A DNA stretch of 64,000 nt from a virus (IMGVR_UViG_3300028914_000074:6088-70087), one strand, 5' to 3'; positions 9,079 to 20,238 are shown, counted from the first letter of the stretch. Notes: generated by a model from the letters alone, not told the origin. Made by a program: numbers and translations.

Positions 9079-9147
9079 GTCTTAATTTATGCCTTGTAAG
9101 TCAGTTCAATTTTGCAAGATATGCCTTGAACTCAGTTAAAGAACACT

Positions 9148-9351
9148 TTAACTAAGACCTAATGATTTCATAAAATCTTCATACTCTGCATAAGGTACTT
9201 GCAAGAATGTGAATTTACCACCACACTCACAAGTTTTATGTGGCTCATACTCGATTGCCCATGAAGAATCTGGATTGACTTTAGATGGTTTCTGCGGTGT
9301 TCCACATTTGTCACACTTTCTTAAAAGTGCGGTTTTAGGTTTTCTTCCCAT
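9148..9351 (-). CDS. small Cys-motif protein
   Basis: CDKCG ... CECGG. Confidence 0.55.
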   Translation of the reverse strand: MGRKPKTALLRKCDKCGTPQKPSKVNPDSSWAIEYEPHKTCECGGKFTFLQVPYAEYEDFMKSLGLS

Positions 9352-9475
9352 GCTTCTCCTTTAAAAGAAAGAAGCCGATGCGAGTAGCACCGACCCCCTT
9401 ACTTACTAATATTCATTCGACAAAGTATATATCGGCATTTTATTAAATTTGTTTAGTCGTTATGAATACTTTAAC

Positions 9476-10234
9476 TTATTCCTTATACGTCAGTTCAATC
9501 ACGCACCCCTCGTCCTCGACCCAGACGGTGTTCGCGCCCTTAAGGAGCTGAACTTGCTCTGGAGTGAGTTGGATGATGATGGGAGTGGCGAGAATGTAAG
9601 CTATTTCTATGTCTTCAGCAAAAGATTGTACTTGTTCAAGCGTTGTATTCTTAAAGCCAAAAATATAAGAGTTTCTTCCCATCCATCTTCCTCGGATATA
9701 AACTCCACCTCCTGAGATCCTTGCAACGCTACAAATCAAACCTTCTGCACTTGTATCATAAGTTTTCCTATCACTAAAATTTTGACTATATACTACGTCA
9801 CATGATGTAGTATCACTTGGCACAATCCATTTTTCTGGATCATTTAACATTCTTTTTACAGTATCCACCGTCAGCTCACCCGTCTCCACATTAAGTGTGC
9901 CGCCGTAGACGTCCTCACCAAATGAAATGGTGATTTCATCTTGTACCACACTTTCTCCGTCAGCGACCTTAATCACCGCGCCGCTTCTGCCTGTGATGGG
10001 TCTGATATTATCTGGCGATGGGTATCCGCTACCACTCTGAACGGGAGTAAAGGTGAGTTTGGTGGAGAGGGCGGTTTGGGCTTTCTTAGTGACAAAGGAT
10101 AGCGGATTGCCGAGAATGGTGACGATCTTCTCAGCAGCTCCCCTTAACTTCTGTGCGAACAAAATGTCAAACATGGACGCGCCGGGCTTTACTGTTCCAG
10201 GTTTTGCCGTAAATAAAACATCAAAGAGGTTCAT
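9476..10234 (-). CDS. tail-associated hypothetical protein
   Basis: End of tail operon; YGGTLNVETGELTV and YILATPIIIQLTP motifs typical of gut-phage tail accessory proteins. Confidence 0.55.
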   Translation of the reverse strand: MNLFDVLFTAKPGTVKPGASMFDILFAQKLRGAAEKIVTILGNPLSFVTKKAQTALSTKLTFTPVQSGSGYPSPDNIRPITGRSGAVIKVADGESVVQDEITISFGEDVYGGTLNVETGELTVDTVKRMLNDPEKWIVPSDTTSCDVVYSQNFSDRKTYDTSAEGLICSVARISGGGVYIRGRWMGRNSYIFGFKNTTLEQVQSFAEDIEIAYILATPIIIQLTPEQVQLLKGANTVWVEDEGCVIELTYKE

Positions 10235-10245
10235 AATATGCCTCC

Positions 10246-10566
10246 TTATCTCATATCATCGTCCGTGGAAATATCTTCATTAGTCTCCATTGGTTCAATT
10301 TCTTGCGTCTGTTGAACAGGACGTAATTGCAAATTATGGCGAGAAAGATTCAAAGTGCTTGCAGAAGGTTCATCTTCTTCGCCTTGCAATACCCATGATC
10401 CCGTACTTTGCAATACATAAAATTTCCCGGTTTCAATGCAAAGACAAATACTTCCTTGCGCAAGGCTCCAATCAATCGAAAATTGCTCCAAATTATCAAG
10501 ATCAGTTGCAAAATCAGCAAAAATATCATTTCTTACGCCTGTTTTAATGTTTGATCCACCAATCAT
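10246..10566 (-). CDS. hypothetical protein
   Basis: RBS GAGGAGG; GSICLCIETGKFYVL. Confidence 0.6.
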   Translation of the reverse strand: MIGGSNIKTGVRNDIFADFATDLDNLEQFSIDWSLAQGSICLCIETGKFYVLQSTGSWVLQGEEDEPSASTLNLSRHNLQLRPVQQTQEIEPMETNEDISTDDDMR

Positions 10567-10642
10567 TTTAATTACCTCCTCGTTTTTGAAAAATACTTTT
10601 CAGTTTCAGTATAACTTATGTTTCTTTGTATGTAAAGTAAGA

Positions 10643-11668
10643 TTAGTTAGTTGTTTTTGTGTATTTTATTGTAAAGTACCACACTCTGTCAACATCCGCC
10701 CCAAAGTGATTAGTACCATCCGTTGCATATATGTAAGTATCATTTACTCTAAATGCAACAAGTGGGGAAATGCCGGAATACAATACGTCTTTTGCAACCA
10801 CTCCTAGTTTTGGACAACATATGTCTAAATCGACACATTCTCCCATGGTTATAACGTTATGTGCAATTTGTGTATGCACGTCGTTATCATAGCCAATCAT
10901 AACGTTGCTCAATCTAATGGTCTTTTCATATAGCGTACTTCCGTCCGTCCATATTCCTATGATGTGTTCATCAGTTGAGTAATAGTGCTGACCGCCAAAT
11001 TTTATGCCGTAAACCTTATGAAGGGTTGGAGTAACTGAATTGCTTGTCCTAGTAGCAACGGTCTTAATTGTGACATTATCATCAAAACCAAAACACAAAC
11101 GCCTGTTATCATTAGCGACGGAAGCTGACATAACAAAAGCCCAACTTACCAAGTCTGTTCCAACCGTTGCACGAGTGTAGAAGTCCTGTCTTGGAATAAA
11201 CATATTTTGTGTTTGCTCTGCAATTCCGTTTTCTGATACGTACAGGTATGCGTTTACAATAACAGCATCATAATCATCTATGCTTTTGTCAAGAATGTAT
11301 GTTTCGTTTACGTTCGCATTACCGCTGACGTACGTAACGTTTGTATTCTCAAACAACAGATCACAAACATAATTACTTCCACCACCAGAAGTTGCATTTA
11401 CCCATTTGCTTGTTGCTCCGTCATATTTCAAAACTTCTCCGTCAGTCGGAGAAACTATATTTGTGTCGCTTAAATCAGATAATGCACTTGCCCCTCCGCC
11501 ACCACCAGATGCGGAAATGGTAATAGTTCCGTCTTGATTTTGCGTTAGCGTGATATTCGTGCCAGCCACAAGAACTGATGACTTGTTGTCGTTTAGCCAA
11601 TTCAGCAGTTCCGTTACCCTAAGTGTCCATTTATCCTGTTTATTTCCAACACTAATAATGTCAGCCAT
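10643..11668 (-). CDS. tail fibre / receptor-binding-like protein
   Basis: Start MADIISV; GGGGG linker, LSDLSDTNIVSPTDGEVLKYD fibre repeat, YSTDEHIIGIWTDG..LYEKT C-terminal module. Confidence 0.65.
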   Translation of the reverse strand: MADIISVGNKQDKWTLRVTELLNWLNDNKSSVLVAGTNITLTQNQDGTITISASGGGGGASALSDLSDTNIVSPTDGEVLKYDGATSKWVNATSGGGSNYVCDLLFENTNVTYVSGNANVNETYILDKSIDDYDAVIVNAYLYVSENGIAEQTQNMFIPRQDFYTRATVGTDLVSWAFVMSASVANDNRRLCFGFDDNVTIKTVATRTSNSVTPTLHKVYGIKFGGQHYYSTDEHIIGIWTDGSTLYEKTIRLSNVMIGYDNDVHTQIAHNVITMGECVDLDICCPKLGVVAKDVLYSGISPLVAFRVNDTYIYATDGTNHFGADVDRVWYFTIKYTKTTN

Positions 11669-13242
11669 TATTCTAATTCCTCGCCCGTGATGGTGTACGT
11701 AACCTTCATCGTCTTGTCGCTCGTCTTTACTACAGGCGTAGACAATACGTTTTTGGTTGCCAAATAATTGAACTGCGTAAACGTATTGATTGCACAATCC
11801 CCGGAAATCAGTTCAAGGGAAGTCGTACTTGTGGTGTTTAAAACGCTTCCACTCGTGACGGACAATCCAAATACTAACTGTTTATTGCTATAAGGCGGCA
11901 CGATAATACAGTTGTCCTCAGACGAAGAGCTTTGCGTACTAAGAGTTTGCGACCACGGACGGAATAAAATGCTATCGTCCAAAAGGTTGACCATAATTTC
12001 TCGTCTTGAGTTTGATGAACTTGTGAATTGCACGGCACCAGGCATATACAAAACATTATTGAGAATGTATGCACCGTCATTCTGACCTGACACACTATTT
12101 ACGCTTGATGCAATTTGTATTGTGGAGAATCCGCTTCCTCCACCCCTTGTGTGCTTATAAACAACGGAATAATTAGAAGAACCATAAGCATATATTCCAT
12201 TTGCCGTAATAGCAACGGAATTAAGATATATGGTAATGTTATTAGGCACGGTGACGGAATCATAATTCATCGTCAACGTCTTTGACTCCATGTCAAACCG
12301 ATGGACGGTCAGCGTAAAATTGCTCGCGGATAAGGTTTCTCTTGAATAGCCCCAGATATACAAAGCTTTTTCATCCGTGTTGTAAAAATGGTAATAATAC
12401 GCGCTTGAGAAGTTTCCTGCATATGTCTCCACGGTGGCTGGCTGAATGGCTCTTGCAGACCTAAAGAGGTCAAAGTTCTCAGGACTCATCTTGTGAGAAA
12501 GAATCCGAAGCTCTGCACCTTGAACGGAATACATATATTTTAAGTCATTTTCACTATCAATGCAGAAATCAAGATAAGAGCCATTAAGAGGTACGCAACC
12601 TCTGTAAATGGATGGCGTGTATCTTCCATATCGTGACCCGTCAATAATGTTACCAAGTCCAAGCCAACCATAGATGTAACCAAAGGGCATATCAGTTCCC
12701 ATTTGTCCAGAGTAACCATATCCAACCTTGCCACCAATCCTGTTTGTAAGGCAAGCCGTTGCAATAGTACCATTTGCTTGAGAAGTTTGGAAATCCCAAA
12801 CCCATGACCGCATAAGCGTGTCAGATTGGCTTTCTGCGCTATTGTAAGCACCCATGATAGGTACATTCGCGTCAATGTTTGTGTAGTCGGTAGCTCCGCA
12901 CCCCGTAAGCTTTGCAGACGCAGGAGCCCATATGTTATCTTCGTCCGCATCAAGTGCCGTGCTAAAAAGTAGCAAGCCAGATACCAAATTAAGATGGTTA
13001 TTCAAGATTCTTGTCAAACCATTGGATCGTAAATTTTGATTGCTTGAAGTATAATTATGCTTTAATGCAAAGTTTACCATTTGGTCAATGGCAGAGGTAA
13101 ACATATTACTCTCTTCAATGCGCTCTTTCAGTTTCCCGGTTAATCCGTCAAACAGTTCAATTTTTGTACGACCGTGGACTTTGCAAAGAATGCTGTTTTT
13201 CGGCCTGCTCAAGTCCATCAGTTTAATTTTTTCATTAATCAT
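11668..13242 (-). CDS. tail/baseplate-associated protein
   Basis: 524 aa in tail operon; WDFQTSQANGTIATACLT and KTSDKTMKVTYTI motifs. Confidence 0.6.
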   Translation of the reverse strand: MINEKIKLMDLSRPKNSILCKVHGRTKIELFDGLTGKLKERIEESNMFTSAIDQMVNFALKHNYTSSNQNLRSNGLTRILNNHLNLVSGLLLFSTALDADEDNIWAPASAKLTGCGATDYTNIDANVPIMGAYNSAESQSDTLMRSWVWDFQTSQANGTIATACLTNRIGGKVGYGYSGQMGTDMPFGYIYGWLGLGNIIDGSRYGRYTPSIYRGCVPLNGSYLDFCIDSENDLKYMYSVQGAELRILSHKMSPENFDLFRSARAIQPATVETYAGNFSSAYYYHFYNTDEKALYIWGYSRETLSASNFTLTVHRFDMESKTLTMNYDSVTVPNNITIYLNSVAITANGIYAYGSSNYSVVYKHTRGGGSGFSTIQIASSVNSVSGQNDGAYILNNVLYMPGAVQFTSSSNSRREIMVNLLDDSILFRPWSQTLSTQSSSSEDNCIIVPPYSNKQLVFGLSVTSGSVLNTTSTTSLELISGDCAINTFTQFNYLATKNVLSTPVVKTSDKTMKVTYTITGEELE

Positions 13243-15019
13243 TTGGCACCTCCGTTAATACAAAGCTTACTTCTTCCTCAATTCCAAATACGTTTACGCC
13301 ATTTACGACTGTCATTTCCATTAACTCAAATTCATCTTCTGCCATAATTGGAATGGGAGTTTGCAAATCAACCGTTATGGCTTCATCAATTCCAACAACA
13401 GAAAGTTCAGAAGCATCTGTTACGTCACCAATCGGAATTGCTTGCCTGATTTCCAGCCTTCCGTCCCAAGTGTCTTGAACAAGTCCTTGACCAGACAATA
13501 CAATCAAAGCGTTTCCTATTTCTACCGTTGCGCTTCCGCCGTCTGCAACAAGTCTGATTTCAAAAGAGTGAGAAAGAACGTCCTCAATATACAAAAGGTA
13601 AAACAATTTAAGAATGTGTTTCCCGTCCGTGTAAGTTTCTATTGGTTGCCGTGTGTCAATCAAAGACTCATCATAGTAATATCTTGCTTTAAGCACCAAA
13701 TCGTTATATTCTATGCCGTCTACTGTTGTTTCACAGTCAAGCAATATCTCAATATTTATCATGACTTGCGTTTCCTTAGTCACAAGAAACCTTGTCCTGG
13801 CTATTGAAACCTCGTCACCGTCTGAAACTACTACTTTCGCTGCGTTTGTTACTGATACGTAATTAAGTGAATAATCTTCCAGCTCTCCAACTATTTCACT
13901 TATTTTTTCTACGATAGTTTCAACTTTTGATTGTAAGTCAGTAATAAACACCCTCTGAAATTCGTCACCTTCTGCGGAATAACTGTCTCTTAGATTTTGC
14001 AATCCGCTCAAAGTTCTTGACAAAACAAAAAACACCAACGTTTTGTATACGGGATTTCCTTCAGTAGAATTGTCATAATCGTAAGCTTGATATGACACTA
14101 CGTCTTTTCCTACTTCAATCCATGGCAATCCGTTATTATCAGACTTAAAAGGAACGTAATAAAACCCCTCTACGTTTGGATATATGTTTTCCGCAATCTC
14201 TAAAACTGTTTCTTCGTCAAGATTTAACGTAAACATATTCCCTTGAATAATGTAGTTGTTGTCTCCTTCTCCATAAGAAACGCCCTCATCTTGATCTGTT
14301 TGTCTTATGGTTAATTTATCAACTGGGTTTACAACGTATTCCTGATAATCAAGGGTTTTTTGAAATTCAAATGCTTCCGTAACTTCTGCCGCTTCGCTTT
14401 TTGGCGCAAGACGATATTCAAATTTATTTTCCCGGTTTACAATTCCAAATACGCCATTTATCTGACATATTGACATTATTGCATCCAATGCTTTCATGGT
14501 ATTTGGACTGTATTGTTTTTCGATTGAAACACCATCGTTTGGCAAAGAAACTGGTTCTTGCTGAAATCCTAAATAATTAAATAATTGGTTTCTAAAACGT
14601 CCTATGGTAGTAGGAAATTCAATGGATTTATACCAATCAGCAATGTCAATGTTGCCGATTGTATATAATTCATCATAGCATTTCAAGGTTTTGTGTGACT
14701 TGTCAGCCGAAATGGAAACATCATCAACAATTCCGTGAAATAAAGGTATTTCTTCCGTGTTTCCGCTAGATATGTATACAAATATTCTTTCATTTTTAAG
14801 GCTTTCAGAAACTTTATGAACCGTAATCTTAAATGATGATGATATGCACCCAACAAATTCAATGCTTTCACTTTCGGACAGGCTTTCAACAAGCTCCATT
14901 GATTCATAATCAATTTGACCCGTTCCAATCGTTAAGTCTAGGTCAGGAAAATAAATTCTAACCTCTTTTTGTATGGAATTTTCTCTGTATGCGTTTTTGG
15001 TAGCTTCGCTTACGTTCAT
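13235..15019 (-). CDS. baseplate hub / Tal-like tail protein
   Basis: 594 aa directly after the Dit-position gene. Confidence 0.6.
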   Translation of the reverse strand: MNVSEATKNAYRENSIQKEVRIYFPDLDLTIGTGQIDYESMELVESLSESESIEFVGCISSSFKITVHKVSESLKNERIFVYISSGNTEEIPLFHGIVDDVSISADKSHKTLKCYDELYTIGNIDIADWYKSIEFPTTIGRFRNQLFNYLGFQQEPVSLPNDGVSIEKQYSPNTMKALDAIMSICQINGVFGIVNRENKFEYRLAPKSEAAEVTEAFEFQKTLDYQEYVVNPVDKLTIRQTDQDEGVSYGEGDNNYIIQGNMFTLNLDEETVLEIAENIYPNVEGFYYVPFKSDNNGLPWIEVGKDVVSYQAYDYDNSTEGNPVYKTLVFFVLSRTLSGLQNLRDSYSAEGDEFQRVFITDLQSKVETIVEKISEIVGELEDYSLNYVSVTNAAKVVVSDGDEVSIARTRFLVTKETQVMINIEILLDCETTVDGIEYNDLVLKARYYYDESLIDTRQPIETYTDGKHILKLFYLLYIEDVLSHSFEIRLVADGGSATVEIGNALIVLSGQGLVQDTWDGRLEIRQAIPIGDVTDASELSVVGIDEAITVDLQTPIPIMAEDEFELMEMTVVNGVNVFGIEEEVSFVLTEVPND

Positions 15020-15022
15020 GTT

Positions 15023-15457
15023 TTAATATCCTATAAATGCCAATCTAATTGAATTGTATTGTAACTTGTTGAGGTCTTTGTTGTATCTGTATATTGATGG
15101 TTGAATGTCCGGCATATACATATCTTGAGTCACGTAATCGTCAATTTCTGGAATGTAAAGAGTAACGCTTGCCTTTCTTTCGCTTGCTTTTGTGTAATTT
15201 GCTTGAATGTTTCCCATCAGCGTAGCAAATTCATCGTTTGTAAGCATTGCCGGAGTTTCAAATTCACATTTATTAGGTCTGTGTTCCAAGGCATTTCTTT
15301 GAAGTATTCCATATCCGTCTCTGTATGAATCCAAATCCGTTATGCTCATAAATACCTTATAACTGTTAAACTTAATGTATTTATACGGTATCGTGTAATC
15401 ACCGACTTTTACCAAATATCCCTGAAATGCCATCTCTACCTCCAATATATCATACAT
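15023..15457 (-). CDS. distal tail (Dit)-position protein
   Basis: Immediately downstream of tape measure; DSYRDGYGILQRN, TQDMYMPD. Confidence 0.55.
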   Translation of the reverse strand: MYDILEVEMAFQGYLVKVGDYTIPYKYIKFNSYKVFMSITDLDSYRDGYGILQRNALEHRPNKCEFETPAMLTNDEFATLMGNIQANYTKASERKASVTLYIPEIDDYVTQDMYMPDIQPSIYRYNKDLNKLQYNSIRLAFIGY

Positions 15458-15499
15458 AAAAGAAAATCACCACAAGTTTTTACGCCTGTGGTGATTTAA

Positions 15500-18400
15500 T
15501 TAAAATTGATATGCTTGTCTGCCGTGGTTTCTTATGGAATAATCTTGTGCGTATTCCCTTGCAGCCTTTCCTATCTGATTTGTTGATATTCCAAATTCCT
15601 TGTTGAGTATTCCAACAAGATAGTTGTTTTGTTGTCTTAAAAGTTCCATTTCCTCTGCGGAAGTTTGATAAATTGCGTCTGCTATTCCCGTAATCTCGTT
15701 TCCGCTTACAACGCCAGTTCTTCCATTTACGTTGCCTAACCATTCTGTTTGACCGTAAGTTTCTCCCGCAACAAACAAAGAGCCTTGATCGGGAAAACCA
15801 CCAGCTTCAAACCTAGGAAGTTCTACGTGACTAATAAGGGTCATTCCACGCCAATCTTTTCCTATGATGTCACCAGCCCATTCAACAATATTGCTGAATC
15901 CTTTTATAAACCAGTTTACGGCATCAATCATTCCGTTTATAACGCCCTCAAACAAGCCTACGATAAAATTACCTACGCCTTTGAATCCAATCTTTATTCC
16001 ATCCCAAAGCCATTCAAATACGCTGGAAATAGGTTGAATAACCCATTTGTCAAACCATCCTGATAATCCTACCCATAACTCTACTGCAAAATCATAAGCA
16101 TCCTTAAAGAATTGAGAAATATCACTCCACGCTTTTCCAAATGCATCCGAAACAGGTTGAATAACCCATTTGTTAAACCACTCCGAAACAATTTCCCAAA
16201 CCGCAACAATGCCATCCCAAGCCCATTTTGCGGCACCAGAAATGCCGTCCCACAACCAAGCAAAAAATTCTCCAAGTGGCTTAATTACCGTATTGTTAAA
16301 CCACGTGGAAGCAACTTTCCATATAGCCTGAATAATAATCCAACATCCTTCAAAGAAAGCGATTATGTTTGTAACTGCTGGTCTAAAGAAGTCCACTATA
16401 GGCTTTATTACGTTGTCATTAAACCATGTTGCGGCAAGCCCCCAAACTAATTTTATTCCTTCCCATAAATCAGAAAAATATCCGGCTACTGGCTGAATCA
16501 CGTTTTCATTTATGGCATTAAACAAATCAGAAAACATTTGACCAAAAGCTATCCAAATATCACCATTTTTAATGCCATTCCACAACTCTTGCGCAATTTC
16601 AAAACCAGTCATTTTAGGAGCTTTTTTACCCATGAGAAGTTTGCCTAGTTTTGTGCCAAGGCCAAAACCGCTGATTGCAGCCGCAATACCGCTAACAAGA
16701 GCAGTTCCAATCGTAAGACCAATTTCAGTTGCCGTTCCTGCGCCAAAAATTGTTTTAAGGCTTGTAGTAAAAAGTCCTTTTGCACCACCTAAAGACTTTA
16801 ACGCGCCGCCTAAGTTTAATCCTGATATGCCTTTAGACAACGCTAAACCTAAAGACTTTAACGCACCGCCACCTAAAATCCATCCTCCCACGTTTTTGAT
16901 TGTAATTGCGCCAATCCACAAAGCAATAGTGCTTAATTTAATATTGGATAGCCAATCTATCATATCCTGGAACACGTCGCCCCACTCAATGTTTTTTACG
17001 GCGTTTTTAATCGCTGTCCATATGCCATCTGCAATCTTGTTTTGCGCATTTGCTAATTTTCCACCATCTAGCTCATCAAAAAAGCTTGTAATGCTTTCTC
17101 CAATAGATACTCCCCATTTTTCCCAGTCAGCATCTTCAGCAAAAGAAGTAATCGAAGACGTCACGGTCATAATGGTTCCGGCTATTGTTTTTCCAAGTTT
17201 TGCAAACGTTTCCGGCTGAATAAGGCCATTAAGAAAATCTGCAAGCCCTCTTCCAAAATTACGAGCCTTTTCATAAATTTCGTCCCAACTATCAGGCAAC
17301 AATCTTTTAAGTGCGTCAGAAAATCTTTTGCCTAAATCGTACAAATTCTTAATGTCGCTTTCAAAAGGAACAAAGTCTATTCCACCGGGTTTAATAATGT
17401 TTGTTCCGCCAAAACCAACTCCTCCGGCGTCACTTGATCCGCTGCCATTATCCTTAGTTGTTAAATTGTTTAATTCGTCAATGCCAAGCAACTGTTGCTT
17501 AAATTTTTTAGCTGAATCAGTAGCATCATCGTAAGCATCTGCGATTCCTTCTACATCTTCTACTACGCCGCCGCTTGTATCTACAATCATTTGCCATCCA
17601 AATATTTGTCCAAGAGCATTTACAACTCTTTGTACGGCATAAATGATTGAATCCATGTACTTATTGATTGTCACAACTGCTGGTCTAAGCCATGCGATAA
17701 ATCCAGTACCAATGACTTGACCCAAACGCTCAAAATTTTGTCCAAGAATACGTATCTGGTTAGCCCAAGTAATGCTTGTTTTTGCAAAATCTCCTTGTGC
17801 CGCGCTTGTATTGGCAAGCACATATTGATAACGCAATAACGTTTTTTCTTGTTGCGACATTTTCTTGACATTAACATCAAGTCCATTATTTAACGCCCAG
17901 GTTTGCAAAGTTGCGTTCGTGATATCCAATCCATAGGTTCTTAATGGACGTGTTGACCCGGTAAATATGCTTTCAAGGTCTTTTGCTACGTCTTCTTGCG
18001 ATACATTGTAAAATGAAGCAATATCAGCAGTAAGTTTAGTTATATTCAGGGAAACGTCTGCCATGCTATTTGCAAGATCGTTATATCCCCTTGCCGCAAG
18101 TTCAGGATTGATTGCGTTAAGCTGTTTTTGCGCTTTATCTATGGAACTAGCCGTAATTCCCATGGCAGTTCCCATAGCCTGAAATCTTGAAGCATACTTT
18201 TTGGCAGACAATTCGCTAAGTCCAAAACTGGTAATGGAAGTTTTTGCGAAATCTTCCACTTTATCTGCCATTGTGCCGAATGTAGAGTCAACCACATTTT
18301 GTACTTCTTTAAGGTCTGACGAAATGTCAATGGATTTTCTGATCGCTCCAAACGCCCTAAAAAGTAAAAAGTATGTAGCATAAATTTTACCTATTGCGCT

Positions 18401-19285
18401 TGCAAGACTAAATACTTTTTTTTGCGTTCTTTTTGCAGTATTCCCAAGAAGTAGCATCCCTTTAGACGCGCTTCTGGCACTATTTCCAACTCTATTTGCG
18501 TTCGCTAAGAATTGTGCTAAAGCATTTGCAAGGTCAATTACATTTCTGCTTATTTTAGGTGCAGTCGATAAAGTGACAATTAAATTCCTAAATGCCGTAG
18601 CAAGTTGCGGAATAGAAGTAATTGCAGTTTGCGCAGTTTTTCTTCCAAATACGGATAGGCTTTGTGCAAGTTCAGAAAGACCCTTTACGTTTACGTTTAA
18701 TCCCTGAAATTGTTTTAATCCGCTTGCTAAATTGCCTATTGAATTAGAAGCCTGGACAATCGTTTTGCTTCCAAGACTTCTAAGAGAAGTAACAAACTGA
18801 TCTATTCCTTCAAGACTAGGTAAAGTGACTCCTTGAAATTGCTTAATTCCTTCCGCAATTTTTCCAAGAGATTCACCGGCTTTCACTACATTACCGCCGC
18901 CTAACTTTGCGACATTGGTAAGTAGCGAATTTATGTTTCCAAAATCCATTGTATTTCCGTTTAACGCCGCAATGCCTTGTTCCAGATTTCCAAAAAACTC
19001 CCTTATGGTTGCCCCATTTGTCAGATTTTTTGTTGCGCTTGCCAATGTTCTTATGCCACTTGCAATATTTTTCAAGTTTTCAGAATTGGTCTGATCGGCA
19101 ACGGTTTTAATTGCATTCATGGACTCAACCATGTTTTCTGCGTTTGCCACAAAACTTTCGCTGTTTACAAGTCCAATGGCTTCTCTTAAAGAACCTAATT
19201 TAGAAATCAATTTCTCTATGGATTGATTAGCCCCGGAAGTGTTTGCGGTAAAATTAAATTGCAACGCATCCAGTTCAGTTGCCAT
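15500..19285 (-). CDS. tail tape measure protein
   Basis: 1261 aa, helical Ala/Gly-rich, Trp-periodic repeats; C-terminal ELPRFEAGGFP..G.LFVAGE. Confidence 0.9.
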   Translation of the reverse strand: MATELDALQFNFTANTSGANQSIEKLISKLGSLREAIGLVNSESFVANAENMVESMNAIKTVADQTNSENLKNIASGIRTLASATKNLTNGATIREFFGNLEQGIAALNGNTMDFGNINSLLTNVAKLGGGNVVKAGESLGKIAEGIKQFQGVTLPSLEGIDQFVTSLRSLGSKTIVQASNSIGNLASGLKQFQGLNVNVKGLSELAQSLSVFGRKTAQTAITSIPQLATAFRNLIVTLSTAPKISRNVIDLANALAQFLANANRVGNSARSASKGMLLLGNTAKRTQKKVFSLASAIGKIYATYFLLFRAFGAIRKSIDISSDLKEVQNVVDSTFGTMADKVEDFAKTSITSFGLSELSAKKYASRFQAMGTAMGITASSIDKAQKQLNAINPELAARGYNDLANSMADVSLNITKLTADIASFYNVSQEDVAKDLESIFTGSTRPLRTYGLDITNATLQTWALNNGLDVNVKKMSQQEKTLLRYQYVLANTSAAQGDFAKTSITWANQIRILGQNFERLGQVIGTGFIAWLRPAVVTINKYMDSIIYAVQRVVNALGQIFGWQMIVDTSGGVVEDVEGIADAYDDATDSAKKFKQQLLGIDELNNLTTKDNGSGSSDAGGVGFGGTNIIKPGGIDFVPFESDIKNLYDLGKRFSDALKRLLPDSWDEIYEKARNFGRGLADFLNGLIQPETFAKLGKTIAGTIMTVTSSITSFAEDADWEKWGVSIGESITSFFDELDGGKLANAQNKIADGIWTAIKNAVKNIEWGDVFQDMIDWLSNIKLSTIALWIGAITIKNVGGWILGGGALKSLGLALSKGISGLNLGGALKSLGGAKGLFTTSLKTIFGAGTATEIGLTIGTALVSGIAAAISGFGLGTKLGKLLMGKKAPKMTGFEIAQELWNGIKNGDIWIAFGQMFSDLFNAINENVIQPVAGYFSDLWEGIKLVWGLAATWFNDNVIKPIVDFFRPAVTNIIAFFEGCWIIIQAIWKVASTWFNNTVIKPLGEFFAWLWDGISGAAKWAWDGIVAVWEIVSEWFNKWVIQPVSDAFGKAWSDISQFFKDAYDFAVELWVGLSGWFDKWVIQPISSVFEWLWDGIKIGFKGVGNFIVGLFEGVINGMIDAVNWFIKGFSNIVEWAGDIIGKDWRGMTLISHVELPRFEAGGFPDQGSLFVAGETYGQTEWLGNVNGRTGVVSGNEITGIADAIYQTSAEEMELLRQQNNYLVGILNKEFGISTNQIGKAAREYAQDYSIRNHGRQAYQF

Positions 19286-19342
19286 GTTCCCACCTACCTT
19301 TCATAAATTTATTCAAAATAAAAAAGGGCGATAGTTTTTATC

Positions 19343-19852
19343 CTACCGCCCACTAAATTTAGCAGATGGGAGTCCTTTTGCTTTTTCAGCTTTAATCCAC
19401 ATTTCTTCTGCCATAATTGCCTTTTGTATTTCTTTGTTTAGTTCTTCTTCTGTCATATCTTCAATGTCTTTTTTAAATTCTTTAGCCAAAAGTGGCTTAT
19501 CGAGATATTCCATTGGCTTGTGTTTGTGTTTCGTATCAAATCCCAACGAAAAATTGTGCAATGCTGTTGTCAACGCCTTAAAAGTGTAGCAACTTGCAAT
19601 ATACATTTGTTCGTCTTGCATTTTGACTTTTAATTTATATGCTTCATCGTAAAAATAAAGCTTATTAAGCGTCAAATGCATTATCTCATTGTAAGAAAGT
19701 CCAATCGCAATGTATCTCGGAAGTATTTCTATGTAAATCAGTTGTTTCCAACCTTTGATTTCCTTTTGTGGTCTTGTGGCTTCTTGATTTCCTTTTCCGC
19801 TGTTTCGCTGGCGTTTTTCACCATCTTGTCTACGCCAATCTTCTCGAAAAAA
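19343..19852 (-). CDS. tail assembly chaperone, -1 frameshifted (G-T) extension
   Basis: The -1 frame is open from the slippery heptamer TTTTTTC (19846-19852) through WKQLIYIEILPRY into ORF 19343..19681. Confidence 0.7.
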   Translation of the reverse strand, partial: FFREDWRRQDGEKRQRNSGKGNQEATRPQKEIKGWKQLIYIEILPRYIAIGLSYNEIMHLTLNKLYFYDEAYKLKVKMQDEQMYIASCYTFKALTTALHNFSLGFDTKHKHKPMEYLDKPLLAKEFKKDIEDMTEEELNKEIQKAIMAEEMWIKAEKAKGLPSAKFSGR

Positions 19853-20238
19853 TGATCTTTGCTCATCTCTCCAATCATCTCATTCATAATGTCGTAAAGA
19901 GTAAGACCTTCATTTTCCTTCATGTATGCAACAAGAAGTCTCTTTGCTTCGTGAATGGACAAAACAGTTCTGTCACCAAATTCTCCATGATGTTCCATAA
20001 GTCCGGCATAAAAAAGCGTTAATGCCTTTTGCGGAACGTCAGAAACATTCTTTGTAAAAGCATCAGCCATAATGGAGGTTTTTTCTTTTGCACTCAAATT
20101 TTCATCGTTTACTTCTGCTTCAGTAACTCCGGCAGAAACCATCAAATCCATTACTTTTTCGGTGCATTCATTGTAAAGCGTTGCTTCAATCGAAAACTCG
20201 ATTGTATACTCTTTTCTGTCAATCGTAATTCTCTTCAT
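19738..20238 (-). CDS. tail assembly chaperone (gpG-like)
   Basis: Between major tail and tape measure genes; DHFF codons form the slippery site. Confidence 0.75.
   Translation of the reverse strand: MKRITIDRKEYTIEFSIEATLYNECTEKVMDLMVSAGVTEAEVNDENLSAKEKTSIMADAFTKNVSDVPQKALTLFYAGLMEHHGEFGDRTVLSIHEAKRLLVAYMKENEGLTLYDIMNEMIGEMSKDHFFEKIGVDKMVKNASETAEKEIKKPQDHKRKSKVGNN

Noticed and set aside
9476-13242. Diversity-generating retroelement targeting tail fibre genes
   Set aside because: No reverse transcriptase and no TR/VR pair differing at adenines was found by eye in this window.
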